A DNA stretch of 64,000 nucleotides from Candidatus Hydrogenedentota bacterium (GTDB lineage: Bacteria > Hydrogenedentota > Hydrogenedentia > Hydrogenedentales > SLHB01), in contig CAXXYE010000007.1 in assembly GCA_963674865.2 (NCBI GenBank), positions 32,001 through 96,000 of the forward strand. The letters are read 5' to 3'. The stretch's first letter is position 1; each line of letters opens with the position of its first letter. Of the stretch, positions 1-10,400 are shown piece after piece. The notes beneath the pieces are model-generated. The model ran no database searches, had not been told where the DNA came from, and saw only the letters and a list, made by a program, of their open reading frames with translations. The translations under genes were made by a program, and so were the position numbers.

Positions 1-2
1 GT

Positions 3-812
3 GGCGACCTGTGCGCCCTGGTGCGCTACGCCCGGGAGGATCTGGGCCTGCGCGTGAATTTGATAACCAACGGCACACTCGTTGACGAAGCCTTGGCGCG
101 CGATTTAGAGGACGCAGGCCTAAACAGCGCGCAGGTGAGTCTCGAATCATCCGATGAGGCCGTCCATGATCGGCTTACACAAGTCGCCGGGTCTTTCCAC
201 CGCACCGTCGAAGCTATCGGGCACTTGCGGGAAAGCGGCATCCGTGTCCATACCAACACCACGCTGAACCGGGAGAATATGGCTTCGGCGGCTGCGATGC
301 CGGGCTTCGTACGCTCGCTGGGGCTGGAACGCTTCTCCATGAACCTGACGATACCGGCAGGCCGGAGCCGTGACACGTGCCCGGAGGTCAACGTGAAATA
401 CGAGGAGATCCCCGCGATCATTCTCGGCATTCAGGAGGAAGCGCGGCGAAACAACGTCGAGTTTATGTGGTATTCCCCGACGCCCGTCTGCGTCTTCAAT
501 CCCATCCAACACCAGCTCGGAAACAAGGGGTGTGCCGCGTGCGACGGCCTCTTGTCCGTGTCGCCTACGGGCGATGTACTGCCGTGCTCGAGCTGGGCCG
601 AGCCGGTAGGTAACTTGCTTCGGGAGGACTTCCGGCGCGTGTGGGGCTCGGCGCGCGCGTCGTGGCTTCGCGCCAAGTCATTTGCGCCGCCATTGTGTCG
701 GAACTGCGGGGACTTTGCCTTGTGCCAGGGCGGATGCCCGCTCTACTGGCAACACTTCGGATACGGGGAACTGGAAGAATACGGAGAGCGCTATGTTGCT
801 GCCACCGGTTGA
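3..812 (+). CDS. Radical SAM protein with C-terminal SPASM domain (PqqE/SkfB-like), 5'-truncated by the window edge
   Basis: Radical SAM core remnants (LITNGTL, QVSLES) and SPASM cysteines (GCAACD...GDVLPC...VGNL...CRNC...CQGGCP). The reading frame is open to the left edge, so the CxxxCxxC motif lies upstream. Confidence 0.85.
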   Translation, partial: GDLCALVRYAREDLGLRVNLITNGTLVDEALARDLEDAGLNSAQVSLESSDEAVHDRLTQVAGSFHRTVEAIGHLRESGIRVHTNTTLNRENMASAAAMPGFVRSLGLERFSMNLTIPAGRSRDTCPEVNVKYEEIPAIILGIQEEARRNNVEFMWYSPTPVCVFNPIQHQLGNKGCAACDGLLSVSPTGDVLPCSSWAEPVGNLLREDFRRVWGSARASWLRAKSFAPPLCRNCGDFALCQGGCPLYWQHFGYGELEEYGERYVAATG

Positions 813-1812
813 GCGGCGGGGCGAGATCCACTTCTACCTCGCGAAAAGCCTGCCCTATGGCACACGTCTGGCCATCTCGTTTGCGTTGATGGCGACAGGC
901 TTCTCGATTCAGATCCTTCTCGGTGGAGGCCTGGCGGTTGTCGGCCTGGCATTTGTCTTCGCGGGCGTGTTGATGCTCCTCACCAAGGGCTTTGAGAACA
1001 AGGTGGCGCAGCGGCGGGGGAAGCATGAGTGGCGTCCGTCCCGGCGCGAGGAAATCCAGCGTATCATCGATATCAACGCGAAGCAGAAGAAGTGGGATCA
1101 GGCGGCCGTTGACATCACCAATAGCCGAGGTCTCGCCGTTCTTGTTGGTTTGACCGTGTTGTGCGGACTGGCGTTTCTGGTGCTCGGAAGGCCGCAGCCG
1201 GGATCCGTCAGGGGCGGCACATCACTGCTGTTCTTCAACGTTCCCGTGATGCTGCTGCCCTTCTGGTTTACCGGCGTCCGCTCGATCCTCAAGAACGACC
1301 GACTCGTAGTCAAGGCCGAGATGCTGCTGAAGGTGGAGGAAGCGCTCGATGTTTTCGGCAAGGAGAGCGGGGAGGAGTTTCAGTATCAGTTGCAGACTGC
1401 CGAAGCCCGAGATGGCTCGGGCGAGGTGCCTCAGGATGTAAAGGCGATCCTCCTTTTCCACGAGGGGTCGCCGGACTTTCTTGGCCTGCAGATGCAGGTT
1501 TCCATCAATAGCGTCCAGGGGAAGGATTTCCCATACTTCTACTGCGTTCTTGTGGCGCGGCCCGCTTTTGGCGGCCTATCCGTTGAACGCCCGCGTCGTG
1601 CTCGACGCAAGTGGTGGCAAGCTCTTGGCGCGGGCGCCTCTGGGCGGCAGGACGTTGTCGTCGAGAATAACCGTGAGAATGATGTGGATATTGCGGTGAT
1701 CCGCCAACGAACCACGCAGAAGACGGGCTACCACACCAATCCCGCAGCCGCGATCGCCCTCTTCGCATTCGCTCTGAAGGAGGCGCGTCGCCTTATAGCC
1801 AATGCGCCCTAG
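793..1812 (+). CDS. Hypothetical membrane protein (about 4 TM segments plus a C-terminal soluble domain)
   Basis: ORF 682..1812. Likely ATG at 793 after GGAGAG, overlapping the radical SAM stop. Two pairs of hydrophobic helices. Confidence 0.7.
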   Translation: MLLPPVERRGEIHFYLAKSLPYGTRLAISFALMATGFSIQILLGGGLAVVGLAFVFAGVLMLLTKGFENKVAQRRGKHEWRPSRREEIQRIIDINAKQKKWDQAAVDITNSRGLAVLVGLTVLCGLAFLVLGRPQPGSVRGGTSLLFFNVPVMLLPFWFTGVRSILKNDRLVVKAEMLLKVEEALDVFGKESGEEFQYQLQTAEARDGSGEVPQDVKAILLFHEGSPDFLGLQMQVSINSVQGKDFPYFYCVLVARPAFGGLSVERPRRARRKWWQALGAGASGRQDVVVENNRENDVDIAVIRQRTTQKTGYHTNPAAAIALFAFALKEARRLIANAP

Positions 1813-1971
1813 GCCGGAATGCGGCGCGCGGCGTCATTTCTTCGATGGATTCACGCTTGAGCATGTTATGATGATTCTGTGGGCCGACGTGTGGTGGCCT
1901 GAGAGCCGTGTGAGCAGGTCGATGCGCTTCCATCTATGGAGGGGCGCTGAAACGGATGGGGGGGGCAGAAC

Positions 1972-3816
1972 ATGGCACGGAGGTACGAGGAAGCACTGCG
2001 GGCAGCGGCGTGCATGGTTTTGGCGCTAGTGTTGATGTGTGCCGCCGTTACCTGCGGGCGCGGCGGGGAAGAGGGAGATTCGGGCAAGGCGGCGACGCCT
2101 CAGAATCTCGCTGCTGCCCCCGCAGTCGTGGCGAAGCCGGAGGAAGCAGCGCCTCAGGAGTCTGTGCCTAACGGCCAGGCCGAGACGACAGCCGCGTCTG
2201 AGTCGGCTGAACGGGGGCCGGAAGAAACCGCCGCGGGAACACTAGCAGCCACCGAGCCGCCCTCTTCGGAAACGGAATCCCCTTCAGAGCGCACCGGGCA
2301 GGACGCTGAGGCGGCGCCGCGCGCCGCGACACAGAGCGAAGAAGAGGCGTTTTCATGGGTGAGTCCCAGGGAACAGGAGCGCTCGATCACGCGGAAGAAG
2401 ATTGAGCCGAATCTCGATATCGAGGGGGACCTGGGCGACGTCGAAGCGGGATTCTCCTGGGTGAGCGATGACTACGAGGCAAAGCGCGAAGAGGACGCAA
2501 AGAAGAGCCTCGCGGTGAAGGCGGCCGAAGCGGATTCCGCGCGGTTACGGGAGGAGCGGGCCCGCATCAAGGCTGAGGAGGATGCGGCGGCCAAACACGA
2601 GGCCGAAGAGGAATTGCGCCGGATCCGGGAGGAATATGAGCGGCTGCAGGCCGAGGCTGAAGAAGCGAAGCAGCGGGCCGAGATGGAGTCCGCGGCCAAG
2701 GCAGAGGCTGAGGCTGCGCTCAAGAAAGCGCTTGAGGAGCAGGCCAAGGCAATGGCCCAGGCGGAGGAGGCCAAGCGCCGAGCCGATGAGGAGGCGCAGG
2801 CCAAAGCTGAAGCGGGGGAAGCTCTCAAGAAGGCTGAACTGGAGCGCGAGCGGGCCGAAGCAGCCGCGCGGGAAGCCCGGCGCCGTGCCGATGAAGAGGC
2901 GCGTGCTAAGGAGGAGGCCGCGGAAGCTCAGCGGAAGGCTGAGGAGGAACGTGCCCGCGTTGAGGCGGCTGCCCGCGAAGCCGAGCCTTCGGATGAGGAA
3001 GTCCCCGCGGAGCCCGCGGTGGCTGAAGAGAAAACAGTGGCCGAACCAACACCGGCTGAGCCGTCTGAGGAGCCGACTCGCCCTGTGCCGGCGGGGCGGA
3101 TTGCCATTGCTCAAATGGAGGAAGGGGTGTCCGTCGAAGGAACGCAGAGCATCCGAATCGTCAGTGAAGGTGTGGTGGAGCACCTCAAGGGTGAGCGTAT
3201 CGAGGTAGCGGCCTACTTCTTCGACGCCAACGGCAGGCCGCTCAAAGATCGAGACGGCAAGTTCAAGTCGGCCGGTGGACAAGTCTACGTGGGCCGGGAA
3301 ATAGTGGTTTCGAATGATAAGCAGGCGCTCTCAGATGCCTTGTCCCTGCCATACGAGCAGTTGGACTTGAGTGGTGGAGGCAAGCAGCAGTTCAAGGTGC
3401 GGCTGGTTCTCTGGGAGTATACGGGGCGGAGAGGTCATGGGCTGGCGCGGAGTGACTGGGCGGCGTTCAGCTACACCCCGCCTCCAACGAAAGAGGAACT
3501 CAACGCCGTGCGCCGGGCCGATGTCACCGGGACTTGGTCGGGCGGGATTTCGATCACCCAGCGTGGCGATAGGGTGGTAGTCTCCGGACTCGACGTGCCT
3601 CAGGAGATAATATCGGAAACGTGGTCGTATCGAGACGGTGTGCTTGTCGGCACCGTCACGACACGCAAGGGCTTCCCGCCGCTGACGCGAGTGTGGGAAT
3701 ACACGCTCAAGATCTCTGAGGATGGCAGGACATTGCGCGGAAACTACCACCGTTCGGACAAGAACGGGCGCTTTCCGTTTGATAGCGAACCGTTTGAATG
3801 GAAGCGAGTTGACTAG
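1972..3816 (+). CDS. Exported/lipoprotein-like protein with a long TolA-like Ala/Glu/Arg coiled coil and C-terminal beta domains
   Basis: Hydrophobic N-terminus ending AVTCG; degenerate EEAKRRADEEAxAKAEA repeats; globular C-terminal third. Confidence 0.7.
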   Translation: MARRYEEALRAAACMVLALVLMCAAVTCGRGGEEGDSGKAATPQNLAAAPAVVAKPEEAAPQESVPNGQAETTAASESAERGPEETAAGTLAATEPPSSETESPSERTGQDAEAAPRAATQSEEEAFSWVSPREQERSITRKKIEPNLDIEGDLGDVEAGFSWVSDDYEAKREEDAKKSLAVKAAEADSARLREERARIKAEEDAAAKHEAEEELRRIREEYERLQAEAEEAKQRAEMESAAKAEAEAALKKALEEQAKAMAQAEEAKRRADEEAQAKAEAGEALKKAELERERAEAAAREARRRADEEARAKEEAAEAQRKAEEERARVEAAAREAEPSDEEVPAEPAVAEEKTVAEPTPAEPSEEPTRPVPAGRIAIAQMEEGVSVEGTQSIRIVSEGVVEHLKGERIEVAAYFFDANGRPLKDRDGKFKSAGGQVYVGREIVVSNDKQALSDALSLPYEQLDLSGGGKQQFKVRLVLWEYTGRRGHGLARSDWAAFSYTPPPTKEELNAVRRADVTGTWSGGISITQRGDRVVVSGLDVPQEIISETWSYRDGVLVGTVTTRKGFPPLTRVWEYTLKISEDGRTLRGNYHRSDKNGRFPFDSEPFEWKRVD

Positions 3817-3975
3817 TCACTAGCGAGCCCTTTGGCGCCGTTGCTTCTGGTGCCCTCGATCGCCTTTTCCTTCCGCTGGCAAAGTGTTGTATAATTCCAT
3901 GTAAACCACTTGGCCCTCCGGCGCCACCGGGGCGGCTTGATGTCCTGGTAAAACATTGCATAGTAGGAGTTTACG

Positions 3976-4572
3976 ATGAAGAAGACCATGTTGACGTTGG
4001 CGGTGACGGTGTTGGCCGTCCTTGTGTCGGGTTTCCACGCCTGGGCTCAACCGGAAGCGGCGGCGCCAAAGGGCGTTGAGATGAGCGTGACGGGTGTCAA
4101 CTACTGCCTTGAGACCACAGTGAAGAACACGCTTGCCGAGTGCCGCGTCGAGCGCGCTCGCCACGTGCTCAAGGTCACCGAGGCGAAAGACGCCGACGGG
4201 AAAGTCGTCGCGGATATGAAGGGGTGGACGCTGCACTACCTCTATTCCTTCACGAGTGCCGTGCTGTCCAACGACGCCAAGTTCCGCGGCAAGGAAGTGA
4301 CGATCACGGGCACCGTCTATAGGGACGAGCGCGTTATCGACGTCAAGAAGATCGAGATGGACGGGCAGGATGTGACGAATCAAAGCGCGGCTCCGGCGCA
4401 GCCTGTGAACCGTTTCCGCTCCAATGCACAAGTGCCTGCGCAGAACTACAGCGGCGCCGTAGGCAGTGCCAGCGGCCAGAATGCTGCCAACTACTCCGGA
4501 AACGTTGGGGGCGCCAGCGGCCAGAACGCTGCCAACTACTCGAGTGGCTCTGGCACGGCCAGCGGCCAGTAG
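3976..4572 (+). CDS. Secreted hypothetical protein with C-terminal 15-aa Asn/Ser/Gly repeats
   Basis: AGGAG RBS; signal peptide MKKTMLTLAVTVLAVLVSGFHAWA; terminator downstream. Confidence 0.8.
   Translation: MKKTMLTLAVTVLAVLVSGFHAWAQPEAAAPKGVEMSVTGVNYCLETTVKNTLAECRVERARHVLKVTEAKDADGKVVADMKGWTLHYLYSFTSAVLSNDAKFRGKEVTITGTVYRDERVIDVKKIEMDGQDVTNQSAAPAQPVNRFRSNAQVPAQNYSGAVGSASGQNAANYSGNVGGASGQNAANYSSGSGTASGQ
4444..4569 (+). repeat. Degenerate 45-bp coding tandem repeat (NYSGxxGxASGQNAA, about 2.8 copies)
   Basis: gccagcggccagaa(t/c)gctgccaactactc recurs at a 45-nt period. Confidence 0.85.
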
Positions 4573-4593
4573 TAGTATTGATCGTATGAATCC

Positions 4594-4638
4594 GGGGGAG
4601 GCCGGACATTCTGGCCTCCCCCATTTCCCATTTTTTTC
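4594..4638 (+). terminator. Rho-independent terminator
   Basis: Stem gggggaggccgga-cat-tctggcctccccc followed by atttcccattttttt, between convergent genes. Confidence 0.75.
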
Positions 4639-4660
4639 TCCCGGGGAATGCAGGTGGAGT

Positions 4661-6694
4661 TCAGCTTGGGGGTGTTTTCAGGGCGCTGAGAATGGACTCT
4701 CGTAGATCGCGGGCGTCCGTATTGGCGGGGTGACGCGCCAGGGCGCGTTCAGCGTAGGTGAGCGCCTTCTCATTGTCCCCGAGGCCCTGATATAAGCGGG
4801 CCAGATTGATTAGAGCCATCACGTAGTCTGGGTCGGTTTCGAGGGCGCGTTCCCAATAGTCCGCCGCGGACTCAAGCAAGCCGTACTCGGCGCACAAACT
4901 GCCGAGGTTATTGAGTCCATCCTTGTCGTCGCCGGCGCACCCTGCGGCAGCGGCCAGTGCATCAAGCGCTTCCTCCCAATGCCCTTCGTCGAGCAGTTTG
5001 CGCCCGCGCGCGAAGTGATACTCGAACAGGATGAGCCCGGCGCTCCAATCTTCCTCCTCCTCCGCGTCGTCCAGTGCGTGCCAAGTGTAGTTGGCCCAAA
5101 GATCGCGTTGCGGCACATTCTCGCCCTCGGCGAGGTAGCGGTAAAGCAGGCCAGCGTTGATGACGCGGCGGCTTCCGGAGGTCCTTCTACTCGTCGAGTA
5201 AACGGGCCTGTCGGTGTGGTCGAGGAGCCACGCGAATATCGCTTCCTCGTCCTTTCGAGAGGGGACTCTCGCAAAACCAGCCTTCAGGGCCGGGGGCATG
5301 TCCTTGTAGACCTCCGGCACGGGATAGCCGTACTTGTTGGCGATGAGCACGTCTGGGCGCACTCCCTCGACGATCTGGAGGTACGCCAGTGGAAAGAGAG
5401 TGTGATCGCCGCTGCCGAAGTAAACGGCGTCTCGTTCCATGGTGCTGAAGAGGTTCAGGGCGTAATCCCGGGCGAGGTAAGAGTCGCTGCGGTTGTTGTG
5501 GTGGTAGTTGGCGATGAGGGGGCTCGCGATGACGATGAGGCCGAGGGCGCCCGTGGCGGTTACGCGCACTCCGGTATGTTGGAACGTCGATGTCACCCTA
5601 TCGAGGGCAACGCCGACAAAGACGGCCGCGAATACGTAGAGGGGTATCCAATAGGTGGTGTTGATCCAAATCGAGCGGCGGTCGAGGTCGAAATTCGGGA
5701 TGAGAATTGACCCCAACGCGATGACGGCAAGCAAGGCCACAAGTAGGGCGCACGCCGGCCGGTTCTTGCGCCATGCCGGCACAAGCCCTATGAGTGCGAG
5801 CACCGCAATCCAAGGCGTGAACTCCCTTGCGTAGACCTCGATGAGCGTCCACGACTGCGCTACGAAACGCCCCAGGGAACGGGGGCCGTCGGTAACAATA
5901 AACCTGTATTGGGCGCGCGTAAGGACGTCCCAGAAGCCCGCCAAGGTTTCAGGATTTCCCCAATCCATGGCCGGATTCGCTCTGGAGCGGATGGGGAGAT
6001 ACAGGTTTATTGAGAAGCCGATCGCTATGAGCAATGCCGTGGCCGCATGGCGGCGCATGCGGCGCGGCTTTCTGTCAACCAGGAGGACGAAGCAGGCGAA
6101 CACCGGCCCCGCGAGAAACATGGTGCTGTGATTGCACAGGCCGAGCCCATAGGTAAGCGCCGCCGCGTAGAGATGCCATGGCCGTTGTGTCTTGCGCCAG
6201 CGGAGGAGCCAGAGTGCGCACAAGGCGAGGATGAAAGCGTTGAGCGTGTAGACTTCCGCAATGACGCTCTGCTCCCACAGCTCGCGGGAGAAGGCCAGCC
6301 CCAGCGCCGCGGCAACGGCGCAGCCATGCCGCTGGGTGAACTCAAGCGTGAGGAGGACGGTAACAGCGGCCGTCAGCGCTCCGAACACGGCGGAAACGAG
6401 GGCGGCGCGCCACACGACTTCCCCGGCCGGCACGGCCTTGATGGCGAGTTTGGCCAGCAGGCACCAAAGAGGATAGCCCGTGGGATGGGGAATACCGAGC
6501 GTGTAGGCCGCCGCGGCCAGCTCGCCTGCGTCCTCACCGGTGACTGTCGGCGCCAGCGTGAGTGTATAAACAAGCAGTGCGGCGAAAGCGGCCGCACCTG
6601 CCGTTGCTACGTCCCTGCGCCTCAAGGCGAGGGGGCGGGACGGGCAATTCAGTTGCGGTTCTCCGCCTTCTCCTCGGCCTTGATCCGGTTCCAT
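4661..6694 (-). CDS. DUF2723 / TMEM260-family multi-TM glycosyltransferase (GT-C fold, putative protein O-mannosyltransferase) with C-terminal TPRs
   Basis: Motifs YTLTLAPTVTGEDAGEL, LGIPHPTGYPLW, AEVYTLN, YLPIRS..NP.MDWGNP and GDHTLFPL.YLQ.VEGVRPDV; TPR helices at the C-terminus. Exact start uncertain because it overlaps the mazG end. Confidence 0.85.
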   Translation of the reverse strand: MEPDQGRGEGGEPQLNCPSRPLALRRRDVATAGAAAFAALLVYTLTLAPTVTGEDAGELAAAAYTLGIPHPTGYPLWCLLAKLAIKAVPAGEVVWRAALVSAVFGALTAAVTVLLTLEFTQRHGCAVAAALGLAFSRELWEQSVIAEVYTLNAFILALCALWLLRWRKTQRPWHLYAAALTYGLGLCNHSTMFLAGPVFACFVLLVDRKPRRMRRHAATALLIAIGFSINLYLPIRSRANPAMDWGNPETLAGFWDVLTRAQYRFIVTDGPRSLGRFVAQSWTLIEVYAREFTPWIAVLALIGLVPAWRKNRPACALLVALLAVIALGSILIPNFDLDRRSIWINTTYWIPLYVFAAVFVGVALDRVTSTFQHTGVRVTATGALGLIVIASPLIANYHHNNRSDSYLARDYALNLFSTMERDAVYFGSGDHTLFPLAYLQIVEGVRPDVLIANKYGYPVPEVYKDMPPALKAGFARVPSRKDEEAIFAWLLDHTDRPVYSTSRRTSGSRRVINAGLLYRYLAEGENVPQRDLWANYTWHALDDAEEEEDWSAGLILFEYHFARGRKLLDEGHWEEALDALAAAAGCAGDDKDGLNNLGSLCAEYGLLESAADYWERALETDPDYVMALINLARLYQGLGDNEKALTYAERALARHPANTDARDLRESILSALKTPPS

Positions 6695-7074
6695 ACGTTG
6701 ATGGCTTCCTCGGGCGTCTCGGCTGTATGATCACCAAACACGTGGCCGTGGCGGCGGATAAGTTTCTCGTGGATTCGCTCGAGTGCGTGCGCCAGAGAGA
6801 ACCGGCCCTCGTGTTCCGCTGCCGCCAGAATGGCCAGGGTGTTGAAGAAGGTATCGCCCCACTCTTCCTCGATATTGTCATTATTCTGCTCAACGAACGC
6901 TTCGTCGAGTTCCTGCGTTTCCTCGATGAGGCAGTCGCAGAAATCCTTGGCGGTTTGCTTCTGATCCCACGGGCAGCCGTCCGGGCCGCGAAGGTACCTG
7001 GCGAGCCGCACAAGTGCCTCAAACCACTCGATTTCGGTGGTGGGCTCTTTGTCTAGATGGGGGTACTGCTTCAT
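6649..7074 (-). CDS. mazG: MazG-family nucleotide pyrophosphohydrolase (single domain)
   Basis: LRGPDGCPWDQKQT, LIEETQEL, EEWGD and EKLIRRH.HVFGD motifs. Start adjusted to ATG 7074. Confidence 0.85.
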   Translation of the reverse strand: MKQYPHLDKEPTTEIEWFEALVRLARYLRGPDGCPWDQKQTAKDFCDCLIEETQELDEAFVEQNNDNIEEEWGDTFFNTLAILAAAEHEGRFSLAHALERIHEKLIRRHGHVFGDHTAETPEEAINVWNRIKAEEKAENRN

Positions 7075-7161
7075 GTCTACATTCCTTGATCGGTTAAGCG
7101 GCCCGGACAACTGGCCGATACTATACGCGGAGGTTGTATTCAGGACAAGGAGGTCCACTCT

Positions 7162-7362
7162 ATGCTGCTTCAATGCTGTGAGTGCAAGCGATACCGCGTC
7201 GCCGATGAATGGCGGCATCTTCTGAGGATTCCCTCGAGTTCCGTCAGTCACACGTACTGCCCGAAGTGCTATGAAAAAGCCTTCGCGCGTATCAAACTCC
7301 AGCAGGCCCTCTCACAATTGCAGGGCGCGTCGGAGGCTACGGGAGAGGCAGCGGCCGGATAG
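7162..7362 (+). CDS. Small putative Zn-binding protein (CxxC...SHxxCxxC)
   Basis: Strong AGGAGGT RBS; CCECK and SHTYCPKC motifs. Confidence 0.7.
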   Translation: MLLQCCECKRYRVADEWRHLLRIPSSSVSHTYCPKCYEKAFARIKLQQALSQLQGASEATGEAAAG

Positions 7363-7416
7363 TCCTTTTCACACGACTTGCGTGCAGTCTGGCCACGCGT
7401 TTGTCAGGAAAGCCTG

Positions 7417-10400
7417 TTACTGCCACCACTTGAGCGAGACGGGGAACTCGGTGGCGGAATCGAAATCCACCGCGAAGCGGAATTGTCCGGGGATCTTCGA
7501 AACTTTGACAAGTAGTGTGTTGCGGCCCTGTTTCAGGCTTGCCGAGACCGCGTGACGTTCAAGGTGGTCGAGGGGGAGATGGTGCCGCACGTCGTGAATC
7601 AAGCCTCCATTCAGCCATACCTTGGTGGCGTCTTGCGTTGCCAGCCTGATATTGACGGCTTGGCGCCTATCGCACGAGAACTCGGCGTAGGCGTAAGCTG
7701 TACCGTAGTCGAAGCGCGGATAGTACTCGTAGACGGGGGAGAGGGCCTCCTGTAAGTCCAGTATGTGGTCATTGTGGCCGCTTGAGGACCAGGGGCGCCA
7801 TGTAATGGCCTTGTACCAACCGGGATACGCGGCCTCGAGATCGATCTCCTTTTCCGGAGGATAGGCTTTGTCGTGGCCATCATCCCCCCAGTTTGGGAAC
7901 ATGCCGAGAACCTGCCACTTCCTCACGAACTCCATGCGCTCATGGCGCAGCCATTCTACGGACGGCTGGTGAAGGGGGGTGAATCCGCGAGGCGGTACGG
8001 AGCGTCGCGAGAAGTGCTTGAGCATGTTCACGAAAAGGCGATCGGCCACCGGATCGCTGCCGAGGTTCTCGAGCACCCGCAAATGGGTAAACACGACCCG
8101 CCCACTCCCATACCGCCGGACGAGGATGTCGCTGCCCCACCATTGGCCTTCCTCGAGCATGTAGTGGCCCGCGCCGGCCGGATTCGTGTCGAGTGTTCCA
8201 CAGATGTCCTCATCGCTGGACTCCAGAAACGTCTTCGGGGGCACTGTGTTTCGGTAGGGCTGGCGCATGAGGCCCCGCGCCGGGAGCCCGTCGAACACAG
8301 GGTGCAGCTTGGCGTAGTGATACATTCCGAGGAAGGCGCCCACGGCATCCTTGTTGGTGGCCCGGAGGCCGGGGTCGACGCGGTCTGCCAGGTCATTCCA
8401 GTCATCCGGCGGGCCGAAGATCAGCGCCACGGCGCCGGCCTTAACCTGGGCGAGGATCTGGGCGAGTTCATTATCCGGATAGGCCCGGATGGTATTGGCC
8501 AGTGGCGGAACAATGTGGACGGGGGCCAACGTGGCGCCGAGCTTCCCGAGCGCGCCACAGCGAGGCCGCCAGACGCCGTGCGGGTCGAGCACGTCAATGT
8601 CTACATCGCATGGCTCGACGGGCGCAAGCACGTGGAACGGCAGGGCGTTCTCGGCGAGAACATTCATTCCCTGCATGAGGCGGACGACGAACTCATGGGT
8701 GCCCGGCGAGCCCGAGGCGGAGACGGTCCCGCTCCACAGCTCCTTACCGGGGCGCGGCAGTTTGATATTACGCTTCTTTTTCCAAAGGATTTGGTTGGTA
8801 GGCCCGACCACTTGCAGGCTCAGGTCGGCCCGCCCTTCGATGCGGTTGTCATTGGCCAATACGACGGTGATGGGAAATTCCTCACGGGGCGCCGCGTTCG
8901 TACGGGGGGCGAAGATGAGGGGGCGCATGGGCTGCTGGATCCGCTTGAGAGTATCGAAAACGGGCTTGGGCCTGCGCCAGCGGTCGAGCATGCCTGCGCA
9001 GAACTCATGGCCGGCATCGCAGAGCTGGGTGTAGCAGTAGCCCGCGGCCTTGCCATTGGCGCGGATAGCGTCGATGTGGTGGCGGGCCGCATCGCACTGG
9101 AGCTGTTGCGTGGCCTGCGCTAGTCCTGCGAAGTCGCCGAACACCCTGTCGAGGCCGCGCTCAACGAATCCTCTCTCGGCCGCTTGGCGTATCCTCTCAA
9201 GAAAGCAGGCATCCTTGAGCGAGGAAGCCTGCTCTCCGTAGCGGCTCAGGACTTCCGGCAGATTCTCCATGCCGCCGAAGCCGAACTCGGACAGAAAACA
9301 GAGTCTGCCGGGATCGCCGCTGTGGGCGTAGTAGAGTTCGATTTCGCGGTCGACGGGCGCGCGCTGGTAAATGTGCAGGTCGTCATAAGGCTCGAATTCG
9401 TCTCGATAGGGCCTCATCAAGCGGGCGGACTCACGCGTGGCGTTGACGCCGCCGGAGTCGTCGATGATGAGGCGGGAGGGGTCAAGCGAGCGTGCAAGGC
9501 GACATAGGTCGTCCTTGATCAATTGCGCTCCGCCGTTGATCTCGTAGCCGGCATTGCCGGACTCATTCAAGATGCCCCAAATCACCACGGAGGGATGATT
9601 GCGGTCGCGAAGGATCATCTCGCGGACCTCGCGCTCGCAGCGTTCTTGCATCCATCGCGAGCGCTGGATCCATCCGATGGGAGGCTCAACGTAGGCTAGT
9701 AGGCCGAGTTCATCCGCGATATCGAGACTGCGCCGGGGCGGAGTCTTGATGTGGAACCGAACCATGTTGAAGCCGGCCTGTTTGGCCAGTTCAAGTTCTT
9801 TGCGCAATAGCGATTCATCGTCAGGCGCGGCGAGGGAGAGGGGGTAGTCGGGTTGGTGCAGTACAGCCTGGACGAATATCGGGTGGTCGTTCAGGTAGAA
9901 CCGGCCCTCCTTGGCGGTGAAGGAACGCATTCCGAAGCGCGTCGCTGTGCGGTCAACCGGTGTGCCGTCCAAGAGCAACTCGCAGACGAGCGTGTAGAGC
10001 TTCGGGCTTTCCGGTGACCAGAGTTCCGCATCGGGAAACTCGAGTCCCATGCGCCCCGGTTCGCCCGTGGCCTCGACGTTCGTGCCCTCTATCGTCAACC
10101 GCACCAGGCCGGGGTGCGAGGTGGCAACATCAACGTTGAGCCGCTTGCGGCGGATGTCGGGCTGGACAAATACGTCCGTGATATGGGCGTGCGGCAATCC
10201 CACCAAGCGCACATCGCCCCAGATGCCGGCGAACGGCCAGTATCCGTTCTCTTTGGCGCACGGGATCTGTTTTGGCCGGAAGTCACCGAAGCCTTCGGGG
10301 CCGTGGGGATCGATAATGCGCACGGCCAGCCGGTTTGCCCCTGTCGCCAGTGCCTCCGTCGCGTCGAAGGAGAAGGGCGTGTAGCCGCCCTCATGATCGC

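Noticed and set aside
2480..2985. Calling the 1972..3816 protein TolA
   Set aside because: The similarity is only low-complexity coiled coil; there is no SxxxH TM motif or TolA C-domain, and it is not next to tolQR.
3896..3975. Riboswitch in the leader of the 3976 gene
   Set aside because: Only a GC-rich hairpin; no recognisable aptamer consensus.
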